From the NCBI GenBank assembly GCA_964016885.1, contig OZ024740.1:141236001-141300000 (forward strand): 64,000 bases of DNA, given 5' to 3'. Below the pieces are notes generated by a model that was not told where the DNA came from, ran no database searches, and was given only the letters and a program-made list of their open reading frames with translations. Both the position numbers and the translations under genes were made by a program. Positions 37,650 to 48,147 of this stretch are shown piece after piece (within the stretch, counting starts at the first letter, position 1; each line of letters opens with the position of its first letter). This DNA is from Eledone cirrhosa. Lineage: Eukaryota.

Positions 37650-40455
37650 AGGCGCTGCCCGTGGTGAAAGTCTTCGTGAGGGGAAAGCCACAGCGAGCCC
37701 TCGTGACACGGGCTGTACGACGACACTGGTGACCGCGGGGGTGGCACAGAGGTGGAGATGGAAGAGCAGCGTAAGGGCAGTCGACGGTAGGAAAATTGAA
37801 TGCCGAGGTCGCAGCGAGGTGGAGGTGGCAGTACGGGAAAAGAAAATAAGGCTTTCTGCCATCGTAGTCGACAACGTGGTGGATGGGATCGGCGTAGTTA
37901 TGGGCATGGATGCAAATGGCCGTCTAGGAGGCGTCACAGTGAACAACGTCGGTGTGTCGTTTGGCGGCGCCGCATTGGTATGCGCTGTGAGTACGCGACA
38001 GGAGAACCAGAAGTCCCACGAGGAGAAATACCCCGCTTACACTGTGTAGGACAAAGACTTCAAGGCCGTGTTCGATGGGCAACGATGGGTTGTTGAGTGG
38101 TACTGGAAGGGAGAACCACCAACACTGAAGACCAAAGTGGGCTGCTATCAACACACATTGAAGGGAGACATTAGGAGCGAGTTCGAGCGAGAGGTAGAGA
38201 GATGGATTGAGGAGGGCATACTGCTTCCCTGGGAAGAGGAGGTGAAGTGCGGAGTATTGCTGTTAATGGCGGTAGCGCAACCCACGAAGAACAAGGAGAG
38301 GCTGGTACTGGACTTTCGGGAGCTGAACGAGCACGTGTCATGCCACACGGTTGGCGAGGTCACGGATGTCTGTGGGGAAACCCTGCGTGAGTGGAGACGC
38401 ATGACGGGGGCTTCCGCAATCGTCGATCTAAAGTCGGCATACTTACAATTACACATAGATGAGAAGCTCTGGCAGTATCAGCTGGTCAGGTATAAGGGCC
38501 GGACATATTGCCTGACCAGGCTCGGTTTCGGGCTGAGCTCAGCACCTAAGATCATGGCGTCGGTCCTCAAGACCATTCTGGGAAAGGCCGACAAGATGAA
38601 GAGGGCCACTAATTCCTACATTGACGACATCCTAGTGGACGAGTCTGTAGTGTCGGCGGCGGAGGTCACGAGCCATTTACAAGGGTATGAACTGGCTGCG
38701 AAGCCGCCAGAAGCGTTGGAGGGAGGAGCCGCGCTGGGACTTAGGCTACGGCGAGACAGGACGGGCGTGTTAGTATTCGAGAGGGGAAATGAAGTTCTAG
38801 AACTGGGCCCAAGTATGAGTAGGCGGGAGCTTTTCTCGACGTGTGGAAAGTTGGTGGGTCACTACCCGATTGCTGGGTGGCTTCGGACGGCATGCAGCTA
38901 TGTCAAGATACGAGCGGGCGGGGTGACTTGGAGTGACAGAGTGGGAGAGAGGACGGTGGCCATGATGCAGGAGATCGTGGAGAGGGTGAAGGCCGACGAC
39001 CCAATGCGGGGACGCTGGTATGTTCCCAAATTGCAGAGCGGGACCGTATGGTGCGATGCCAGCAGCATAGCGCTGGGTGTCACGTTGGAGATAGGAGGTG
39101 TTGAGGTCGAGGGTGCAGCCTGGCTTAGGAAGAAGGACGATTTCAACCACATCAATGTGGCCGAACTGGACGCGGTGTTGAGAGGGGTGAACCACGCCCT
39201 GAGGTGGGGACTGCGCACCATCGAGATACGCACCGACTCGGTTACTGTACTCGGATGGGTGAGATCAGTGCTCACCAGTGAGAAGAGAGTGCGAACGAGA
39301 GGGGCGGCAGAGATGCTGATAAGGCGCCGCCTGGGAACTTTAGGAGAGCTGGCCACCGAGTTCGACCTGAGGCTGAGCGTAGTTTTCGTGCCCTCACAGT
39401 AAAATAGGGTGGACGTTTTGACCAGGGTGAAGAAAGCCTGGATGGAAGCACCGGAGGAGGTAGAAGAGGAGATAGCTGCCGTGTGTCGGCTGACCGAGTC
39501 GGATCTGAAAGGGTTGTATGACATGCACCACATGTGAGTGGATAGGACTCTGTTCCTAGCCAGGAGAATCAACTCGGACGTTAACAGACACAGTGTTCAA
39601 AGAGTGGTTAGAGGCTGCGTCCGATGTCAGTCCATTGATTCCGCCCAGGGTGTGCACGAAACGGGAAGCCTCCCGGTGGATCGCGACTGGAAGCGATTGG
39701 CAGTGGATGTAACACACTACCGACAGGGAACATACCTCTCAATGGTCGACTGTGGACCGGGACGGATGGCGATATGGAGGGAGATGAAGACTGGAACGGC
39801 CGAGGAAATCACGCGGACGTTGATAGAGGTGTTCTTGGAGCGGGGCCCTGTGAACGAACTGCTGATGGACAACAGCGCAGCGTTCCGCTCGGAGGCGCTG
39901 AGGGAGATGCTCGATGGATGGAAGGTGGACCGTTTCTTCAGAGCAGCGTACAGGCCGAGCGGAAATGGAATCGTGGAGCGACACCACCGGACGATCAAAG
40001 CAATGGCGGAGCGGGGCGACATCTGACCAATGGAAGCAGTGTTCTAGTACAACATGTCTCCTCGGGTGGGACAGGTTGAGGAATCGGTGGCACACAGAGC
40101 AATATTCAGATACGAGTAGCGGCACTCGTGCACTCCACCACAACGGCCAGTGGAGAGAGAGAATGTATTCGTGCAGGTGGGCGAGGAAGTCTGGGTTAAG
40201 CCCCCAGATGCACGTTGCACATCTCAATGGAGAAGGGGAACGGTGACGGCCGTAAATTCCCAGAACAATGTGTCCGTGGACGGAGTACCACGTCATGTCC
40301 TGGATGTCCGTAGAATCACTGTGTCAACGGACTCCGAGGAAGTGGAAACCCAAAGTGCCGCCCCAACACTGCGGAGATCGCAAAGAAGTCGCAAACCACC
40401 AACCTGGACAGCAGATTTTCATATGCAGAAGGACGAGGGGGTAATTGAGCCTTGA
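37633..40455 (+). pseudogene. pol: pol: protease, RT, RNase H, integrase, broken by in-frame stops
   Basis: DTG protease motif; VDLKSAY, YIDD; WCDAS; VDVTH...MDN...NGIVERHHRTIK; stops at ~38047, 39400, 39535, 40024. Confidence 0.92.
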
Positions 40456-40468
40456 GATCAGGGGGGCG

Positions 40469-40738
40469 TGTGGATATGGTGTGGTGTGCGGTGGCCGGAG
40501 GCTGGGGAGTGCTCGACCGGAAGAGTGTTTGACCGGAAGGGTTCTTGGCCGGAAGGGTGATCGACCGGAAGGGACAGCAGGTCTGTCTCTCTCTAGGGTG
40601 ATCAGCGAACGTAGTGGACGTCAGTTTTGCAGCTCCCGGTTAACGAGTTGGATTGTACGCACGTGGGGGAGGAGAAACCAGCCATTGGATTAGCGGTGCC
40701 TGTGAAAGCGGTAAATGAGGTAGCTTTTTCTAATCACA
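40469..40738 (+). repeat. 3' LTR
   Basis: TGTGGATATGG...TAATCACA, preceded by PPT. Confidence 0.93.
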
Positions 40739-41069
40739 CTGCAGAAGCTCATTTTGTCTGTGTGTGAAGGTATATACGATATGATAATGTATAATGATAT
40801 ACAATATATATATGTCACGCTAGGAATGTTTTAAGCCGTCATCTCTAATGAATTCACGTTACTGATGATGGATAAATATTTTGAAACACTGGTGTCTGAT
40901 GTTCTCGCGGGACAACTGAAATAGCTGTGACATGATCACCACTGAAAACATTCTTGAAATGTCGTATATCCTCTAATATACATCTCTATTATGAATCCTA
41001 TTCTGTTTGTGTTACGCATATCACACACATAAGCATTGTGCTATTTAAATGCAAGTGCGAGGACTGTAA

Positions 41070-41140
41070 GCATCGGTGGTTCAGTGGCAGAATGGTCACC
41101 TGCCATGCGGGCGGCCCGGGTTCGATTCCCGGATGATGCA
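41070..41140 (+). pseudogene. tRNA-Gly(GCC) pseudogene
   Basis: Anticodon- and acceptor-stem mismatches. Confidence 0.78.
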
Positions 41141-41274
41141 TGCGGGTTTTTTTTTATTATTTTAGATCGATTATTACTGTTTGGCCTCAATTTAGATATC
41201 AATGAATAGATTTGATGAAAAGCATTTCTGTTGTTAACATCTCTTTGTTTGTTATTGTTTTTTTATCTCTAATT

Positions 41275-41695
41275 TTCCGTTAGGTTAGCGAGGACGACTG
41301 TGTCAGTCATGGCAGACGTCAACACTAGGCATCAAACCTATCAAGCGCATGTCAGAGTTCCACTTCTGTTGAGTTGAATGACACCATTTCGTCTGCATAT
41401 TCCAGTCGACTGATCCTACACCCGCCTGTCATGATATCCCTTCCAACTCAGCTGTGCATGTCAATCTTCATGAAGATTATGAACAGGAGAGGTGAGCGTA
41501 CGCGCCGTTGGCGGAGTACGAATCACATGTTAAATGCTTTAGCACCATTTGTCCGAACACAAATGACTCTGGTATTCGTATAGAGACATCAGGACAAGAA
41601 AAAACTGTCCATTGATCTCATACTCCTGTATACTTTCCACAGCAGGTCCCTTGGAACGTGGTCGTAGGCCTTTTCGAGGTTTACAAGGAAGGAAT
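41275..41695 (-). mobile_element. RTE-like RT fragment upstream of a tRNA pseudogene
   Basis: Paralog of array fragments (LEYAD, VNLEKAYDHVPR). Confidence 0.8.
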
Positions 41696-41744
41696 TTTAT
41701 TTTAAAATACATTAGTATCTATATGTGAGGGCAACAGAATTTAA

Positions 41745-41814
41745 GCATCGTTGTTCAGTGATAAAATGCTCGCCTGTCACGCGGGCAGCCTGGATTCGTT
41801 TCCCGGCCGCTGCG
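41745..41814 (+). pseudogene. tRNA-Gly-derived pseudogene (loop mutated to GTC)
   Basis: Many substitutions; A/B boxes damaged. Confidence 0.72.
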
Positions 41815-42205
41815 CAAGAACATTTCTTTTCTTAGTATTTTAACTTTTCTGATTGTTAATGTTCAGCCTGCAGTCTAAGCTATTCCCAATATAAAAACCA
41901 AGAACTTTATTTAGCAAAACATCGTTGAATAAATAATGTCTTTACCTTACTTTCATTTATGGTGGTACAGATATCAAGAAATGAAGATTTAGTTTCACAA
42001 AAAGTTATTGCTTCATCAATGAAGAAAGCGTTTAAATATAAGTTTGAAAGCAGAGGAAAAGGGGAGAGGTTCCAGATGGATCTTGCCAAGATAAAAAAAA
42101 AAAGTATTTTCATTTTTATATATTTAGGGTGCCGTCACACCACGCAGCACGCCGCCCCTTATATAAAGTGCCTTGTACAATAGACTCAGGTTGACCAATG
42201 CATAA

Positions 42206-42742
42206 ACCAAGCGATAGACGGTTGACGGGCCTTGACTATTAGGGTCGACAAGAAAAGCTTAAAGTCTACTCTCTCCAACGCCGCCTTGAACGCTACATTA
42301 TCTGCATAATGTGGAAAATATTCCATCAGCATTGCCCAAATGATCTTGGCATCATCTTTGAAGTAAACCTAAATCACACTCGAATCTCATAATAACATTA
42401 CGGCAATATTATTTCACATCAACTCGTGCCGATATTAAACTAAAACACATTAAAAGAGAAACAGATCCCATAAAATTCAAATTTCTTGGAGCAAATTCCT
42501 CCAAGAAATCCCGGATAAACTTTCTAGCACCGGATATGTTTCCGTAAACAATAACTCTCTACTTAAGTGGGCCATGGTGTCCAAATCCTGAATTGAAAGA
42601 CATCACTAGGTGTTGCTATTAAGTTAGACATGGCCTGGGCCAATACTGGCCAAAACAAATTTGGATTGGTACATGTCGTTGAGTATTTAATTCCAATTGA
42701 ATCATGTTTGACTAACTGGAGTGTAAATTACACAATCCTGGT
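42206..42742. mobile_element. Unclassified interspersed element; its last ~80 bp recur inverted at 32123-32200
   Basis: Interrupts cluster-type flank; ends ACCAAG.../...CCTGGT. Confidence 0.45.
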
Positions 42743-42817
42743 TGTTTAACACATTATTAAAAAAATACATACACATATGAACATTGTGTTAGTTAAATAC
42801 AAAGCCATCCCGCGTAT

Positions 42818-42888
42818 GCATCGGTGGTTTAGTGGTAGAATGCTCGTTTACCACGCGGGCGGCCCGGGTTCGATTCCCGGCTGATGCA
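42818..42888 (+). tRNA. tRNA-Gly-ACC: tRNA-Gly with ACC anticodon
   Basis: GCATCGGTGGTTTAGTGGTAGAATGCTCGTTTACCACGCGGGCGGCCCGGGTTCGATTCCCGGCTGATGCA; all stems pair, A/B boxes and T-run present. Confidence 0.75.
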
Positions 42889-43156
42889 TGTTTATTTTTT
42901 TACATAGTTTATTACTGTTTGGCCTCAATTTAGTTTTGAATGAATAGATTTGATGAAAAGCAACTCTGTTGTTATCATCTAGAGATAAAAAGCAAACAAA
43001 CAACCAGTTAGGTTAGCGAGGACGAATGTCACAGTCCCCGCAGCACTGATTTTCATTCCAGTCATGCAACATTCGGATATCAAACCTATCAAATGCATAT
43101 TGGAGATCAATTTCCGACGATTTAAATAATACCATGTCGTCTGCATATTCCAGCAC

Positions 43157-43323
43157 GTTTGGCACAAGGCCAGCAATTACCCAGTACATTACTGGTACTT
43201 TATTTTATCGACCCCGTAAGGATGAAAGGCAAAGTTAACCTCGGCGGGATTTGAACTCAGACTGTAAAGGGACGTAACTATGCTAGAAAGCATGGCGTCC
43301 AACCCTCTACCGATACTGCCAAT
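43157..43323 (-). mobile_element. tRNA-derived SINE
   Basis: Same family as 33218. Confidence 0.85.
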
Positions 43324-43424
43324 AATGTCTTTACCTTACGTTCATGGTTGTTGGAATTCAAGAAATCAAGAATTAGTTTTACAAAAAGTAATTTGTTTCT
43401 TAAATACAACAGTGCATGGAGTGA

Positions 43425-43494
43425 GAATTGGTGTTTCCTTGGTAGAATGATCGCCTGTCATCGGGCGTGCCGCGTTTGATTCCCACCAAATGCA
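43425..43494 (+). pseudogene. Degenerate tRNA-Gly-derived pseudogene
   Basis: Sister of 29165. Confidence 0.65.
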
Positions 43495-43722
43495 TTTATA
43501 ACATTCTTTTTTAAATTGTAATTTAGCCGTGGAGAAATTTGAGCAGACTTTTACCGGAGGTGTTCCAGCATTCGTAAAGAGACACCAGGGCAAGGAAAGT
43601 TGTCCATCGATCCCATACTCATTCAGAACGTGGAATGTGGTCTTATGCCTTTCCGAGGTCTACAAGAAATAATTTTATCTTTAAATGAATTATTTGAGAT
43701 ATTTGGGTTCGAAAGATTGTAT

Positions 43723-43765
43723 GCATTTGTGGTACAGTGGTGGAATGCTCACTTGTCATGCGAAC
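43723..43765 (+). pseudogene. Degenerate tRNA-Gly 5' portion, cut by the Penelope-like insertion
   Basis: GCATTTGTGGTACAGTGGTGGAATGCTCAC. Confidence 0.55.
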
Positions 43766-45010
43766 AGAGGTTATACAGAAAAAGTGGGATTGGAAACAGC
43801 ACGGAAAATATATTTTAAGACTTTGTTTTACTTTTTTTCTTCTTTGGTTCGTCAAAACATTATTGAAAAAATGAAAGGAACATTTTTTTTTTAAAAAAAG
43901 GAGTTTAATAATGTATATAGAATATATAAAATATTACCGGTTTCCATCTTATCAAATGTTGAATATTACAATTAAAAAGAATTAAAAAAGAATTAGAAAT
44001 TTAAAAATTAAAATATATATAGAGAGTATATAGAGGAGCCAGAACCAAATGGGAAAAAAATGGTAAATAATGACACAAATGGGACCTGCCCCTTGTATAG
44101 GAGCAAATTTTGGAATAGAATAGAAAGAACTAGGAATAAGGTTAATAGAATAAACTCATGGTATGATAGCAATAAATACCAGAGTGTAATGTTCATCGAT
44201 ACAACCCCTAGAGGTGAATAAGCTTACAAGTTTAGAAGGCCCCTAGATAAGCATAAACTCAATATTAAGATAGTAGAAAGACCAGGTACCTCCATAAAAA
44301 CACCTATTAGCAATACATACCCTTTTCAAAGACCTCCCTGTATAGATAAGAAATGTATAATCTGTAAATTAAGCCCCCATATTAACTGTAAAACTAGAAA
44401 TGTAGTATATAGCATAAGATGTACTGAAGGACAATGTAGAGATAAGAATATAGTGTACATAGGTGAGACAGCTCGTAGTATAGGGTAACGGATAAATGAA
44501 CACTGGCGAGACCTTCAAGATAGTAAAGAATCATCTGTACTCTACCAAATAGAACATAAAATAGAACATAAGGGTAAATTAGAGAACATAGAAATAAAAA
44601 TAGAATCTACACACAGAAAAGACGCAATGTTTAGACAAATCACAGAGGCAATAAACATAAATGAACTCCAACCAAAATTAAATAGAAAACATGAATGGAA
44701 CAGCAACATCACAACTTACAATTAAGGACAAAATGAAAACACACACGCACATAGAACAAACAACCAACCAGTAACATGTAAATAAACAAATATAAACACA
44801 CACAGACACCCAGATGTAACACATACGCAAACTAAGCACACAACACACACAAAAACAAGATGGCGTAGGACAGAACAAAGGAGAGGCACAAAACAAAGAA
44901 AAGAATCCCCAGTCACTGAAGAGGTCACAGAATGTTTGGCGAAAGAACTTTGACAATATATGAACAACCGTCCGGTTGTGGAACCAACCAACAAACCAAT
45001 CGGAAATTTC
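43766..45010 (+). mobile_element. Penelope-like retroelement 3' part: Cys-rich linker, GIY-YIG endonuclease (with stops), 3' UTR
   Basis: Translates CIDKKCIIC..NCKTRNVVYSIRC..YIGETARSIG*RINEH at ~44340-44505. Confidence 0.85.
44912..44954 (+). ncRNA. Minimal hammerhead ribozyme-like motif (Penelope type)
   Basis: GTCA-CTGAAGA-G-GTCA(loop)TGGC-GAAA-GAAC-TT-TGAC. Confidence 0.6.
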
Positions 45011-45169
45011 TAAATTTAAAAAAAAAAAAATTTTTTTAATTTTTTAATTTATAATAAATTGGAGTGAAAGCAACTGGTGCATGTGTTTCTTATTGGCAAC
45101 ATGACCCTCCCAAAGTATAACAATATCGGTTTCAACACACGTTTTCAGATAAAGAATCTTGCTAAACGA

Positions 45170-45170
45170 A

Positions 45171-45246
<76 letters not shown>
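45170..45246. repeat. (AT)n(GT)n microsatellite
   Basis: Seen directly. Confidence 0.95.
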
Positions 45247-45248
<2 letters not shown>

Positions 45249-45530
45249 CACTATGGATGATTCAAGCTGTGATCTGTAATGAATTGACGTCATTGATGAT
45301 GGATAAATATTTTGAAATACTTGTGTCTGATGTTCTCCCAGGATAACTGAAATAGGTGTGACATGATCCCGGCTGAAAACATTCTTAGCGAGACTTGTAT
45401 ATGTTTAGAGAACTTAAAAATGTGGTATATTCTCTAATATACGTCTCTATTATGAATCATGTTCTGTTTGTGTTACACATAACACAAACATAAGCAATGT
45501 GTCACTTAATTGCAAGTCAAAATGATGTAA

Positions 45531-45601
45531 GCATCGGTGGTTCAGTGGAAGAATGCTCGCCTGCCACGCGGGCGGCCCGGGTTCGATTCCCGGCCGATGC
45601 A
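45531..45601 (+). tRNA. tRNA-Gly-GCC: tRNA-Gly(GCC), D-loop T>A
   Basis: One substitution from canonical; T-run terminator. Confidence 0.9.
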
Positions 45602-45734
45602 TGTTGTTTTTTGTTTTTGTTTTTATTTTGGACAGTCCGTTGTTTGGCCTCAATTTAGTTTTGAAATGATTTGATGAAAAGCATTTCTGTTGTTAACATC
45701 TCTTAGTTTTTGTTTCTTTCTTTTTTATCTCTAG

Positions 45735-45970
45735 TGTTCCGATAGGTTAGTGAGGACGACTGTGTCTATCATCGCAGCTTGGATTTTCAACACGCGGCAT
45801 CAAATCTATCAAGCGCATATCGGAGATCCTCTCCTGACGTCTTAACACCTTGCCGCCTGCATATTCCAGCCGACTGAACCTACACCCTCCAGTCATGATA
45901 TCACTTTCAAACCAGCTGCTCATGTCAACGTGGAATGTGGTAGTGGGCCTTTTCGAGGTCTACAAGAAAA
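45735..45970 (-). mobile_element. RTE-like RT fragment (relative of array fragment 2)
   Basis: Near-identical to 2165-2420. Confidence 0.8.
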
Positions 45971-46068
45971 GAATTTTATCTTCACTTTTATCTTTTTAAA
46001 AGAATAAATTATTTTATATAGTCGGACACTAAAAATTATTTGAGATATTTGTGCTCGAAAGATTGTAT

Positions 46069-46139
46069 GTACCTGTGGTTCAGTGGTGGTATGCTCACCT
46101 TCCACGCCGGTTGTCCGACTTCAATTCACAGCTGATACA
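46069..46139 (+). pseudogene. Degenerate tRNA-Gly pseudogene, absent from array units
   Basis: GTACCTGTGGTTCAGTGGTGGTATGCTCACCTTCCACG...; 71 nt. Confidence 0.65.
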
Positions 46140-46319
46140 CATGAAAGATTTTTTTGTTGTTGCAGTTTTCTTCTGTTTTTAATTGTTATGATTAATATGT
46201 TCTTTTTTTAAAGGTTGTTGTTCTTTAGCCTTGAGTCTAAGATACTGCAAATAACTTTATTTCACAAGAAGTCCGTTAATCAGTAATGTGTTTATTAAAT
46301 ACACTTGCGTTTTGTGTGG

Positions 46320-46382
46320 GCATCGGTGGTAGAATGCCCGCCTGCCACGCAGGTGGTCCAGGTTACATTCCCTACCGATGCA
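46320..46382 (+). pseudogene. D-arm-deleted tRNA-Gly pseudogene outside the array
   Basis: Same 8-nt deletion as 146-208. Confidence 0.85.
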
Positions 46383-46897
46383 CTTATAAAATTAACGGTT
46401 GTTGTGCGTGGTTTTGTATGTATTTTCTTTGTTTTTTTTATGTTGTTATTTCATCCTAGGATAATTTGGTTGTGAAGACATTTTTCGGGTGTGTTCCAGC
46501 AATTGGTATCCAATTTGTATATATTTACGGGTCCTGTCTCACTGCTCCTTACATCAAGTGTCTTGTACTATAGTCTCTGGTTCACCAATGCATTGTCATT
46601 GAAATTTAGAAGACGGAATCTGCAGAAGCTCGTTTTTGATATAGAATATATATATGTCACGCTAAGAATGTTTTAAGCAGTGATCTCAAATGAATTCGCG
46701 TTACTGATGATGGATAAATATTTTGAAATAATTGCGTCTGATGTTCTCACGGGACAACTGAAATAGCTGTGACATGATCACCACTGAAAACACTCTTAGC
46801 GAGACTTGTATCTCTATTATAAATCATGTTCTGTTTGTGTTACACATAACACACATATAGGCAATGTGTTACTTAAATACAAAGTCAAACTTTGTAA

Positions 46898-46968
46898 GCA
46901 TCGGTGGTTCAGTGGTAGAATGCTCGCCTGCCACGCGGGCGGCCCGGGTTCGATTCCCGGCCGATGCA
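46898..46968 (+). tRNA. tRNA-Gly-GCC: tRNA-Gly(GCC), canonical
   Basis: Identical to 1974-2044; T5 at ~46983. Confidence 0.96.
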
Positions 46969-47297
46969 CATCTTTAGCTATGTTTTTGTTTCGACTGGGT
47001 TTTGAATGAATAGATTTGAGGTAAATTGTTTCTTCTTTCATCATCTCTTTCTTTTTTTATTATTCCTGTTTCTTAGATTCGGGTATTACGTTGGCTTAAC
47101 GTATTTCAATGATTTCACCCTATTTAGCTTCTGCCACTAGCAACTCGAGCTAATGTAGAGAGTCTGTCCCGCTCTCGGTATTTAGTATTCAAATATATTA
47201 GCCGATATAAAGTTATCTATTGAATAGACGACCTCATCATGCGTGGCTTCTTTCAATAAATAAATTATTTTATATAATCGGGTCCTAGTAGTTTATG

Positions 47298-47366
47298 AAC
47301 AACCGTGATTCATTGGTAGAATTCTCGTCGCATGCGGACTGCCGGGATCGATTCATGGCCGATGAG
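47298..47366 (+). pseudogene. Very degenerate tRNA-Gly relic
   Basis: GTGATTCATTGGTAGAATTCTCG...CCGGGATCGATTCATGGCCGATG. Confidence 0.55.
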
Positions 47367-47629
47367 CATAAAAAGTTGTATTTTTGTTTCTTTGTGGTTT
47401 TCTTTTTTTTTTATTATGCTTAATATGTACTTTGTTTTAAAGATTGTTGTATAGCCTCTAGTCTAAGATATTGCAACGAACATTATTTCGCAAGAAGTCC
47501 GTTAATCGGTAACGTGTTTATTAAATACAGCAGCGTTAAGTGGTTCAATAGTGGAATGTTACTGAAATAGCTGTGCATGATCACAGCTTAAAACCTTCTT
47601 AGCGAGACGTATTTATGTATATAACAACC

Positions 47630-48147
47630 AAATCAATGACTGGACCCCATATTTATATCGAAGTTGTCGGGCCGGTTGGCTCTAGTCCACAGAGAACCAT
47701 TGAACCCTATAATGGTGCGCATAGCAGTGAAAATACTGTCTATTTCATTCTTATTTAGATTAATGATGCTTTTGGCAAATATTAAGACGTTATTTAAAAT
47801 AAGAGATAGAGGCATAATAATTATCTATGTCAAATTGTAAGAATTGTCCCTACAGCTAATATTTTTGAAACAGCTGATAACCTCATCTGTGTTGCCCCAA
47901 AACTTAAGGTTAATTTTATCTATTAATTTGAGTAAAATCCTATCTAATATTTGTTTTTACTAATCTTGCCTATATCAGAAGTAGAGGGGCTAATTAGTCT
48001 AATTATTAGACTAATCAGCCCCTCTACTACTGATATTAGACTCTAATAGATGTGTTTTCATAGAAATTGGATTTGTGATTCTTTAAAGTGAATCTAGGTG
48101 TCGTAGGTTCCAATGTATTTATCAATAACTAATTTACTGACTATAAG
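47630..48147 (-). mobile_element. Penelope-like RT relic, part left of the LINE
   Basis: Minus strand FTLKNHKSNF, RLISPSTSDIGKISK, QFDIDNYYASIS, NFDINMGS. Confidence 0.75.

Larger units (their letters stand above)
36535..40738 (+). mobile_element. Ty3/Gypsy LTR retrotransposon, full-length but inactivated
   Basis: TG...CA ends; 5-bp TSD CTGCA (36530-36534, 40739-40743); empty site at ~46611-46630; gag-PR-RT-RH-IN order; PPT GAGATCAGGGGGGCG. Confidence 0.96.

Noticed and set aside
32123-42742. Inverted ~80-bp pair as TIRs of a 10.6-kb transposon
   Set aside because: No TSD seen, and the right copy is the end of a separate ~540-bp insert; two independent copies is the simpler explanation
48113-48147. 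ATG at 48113 as the true LINE ORF2 start
   Set aside because: It lies in AT-rich flanking PLE DNA, upstream of the 5' truncation point
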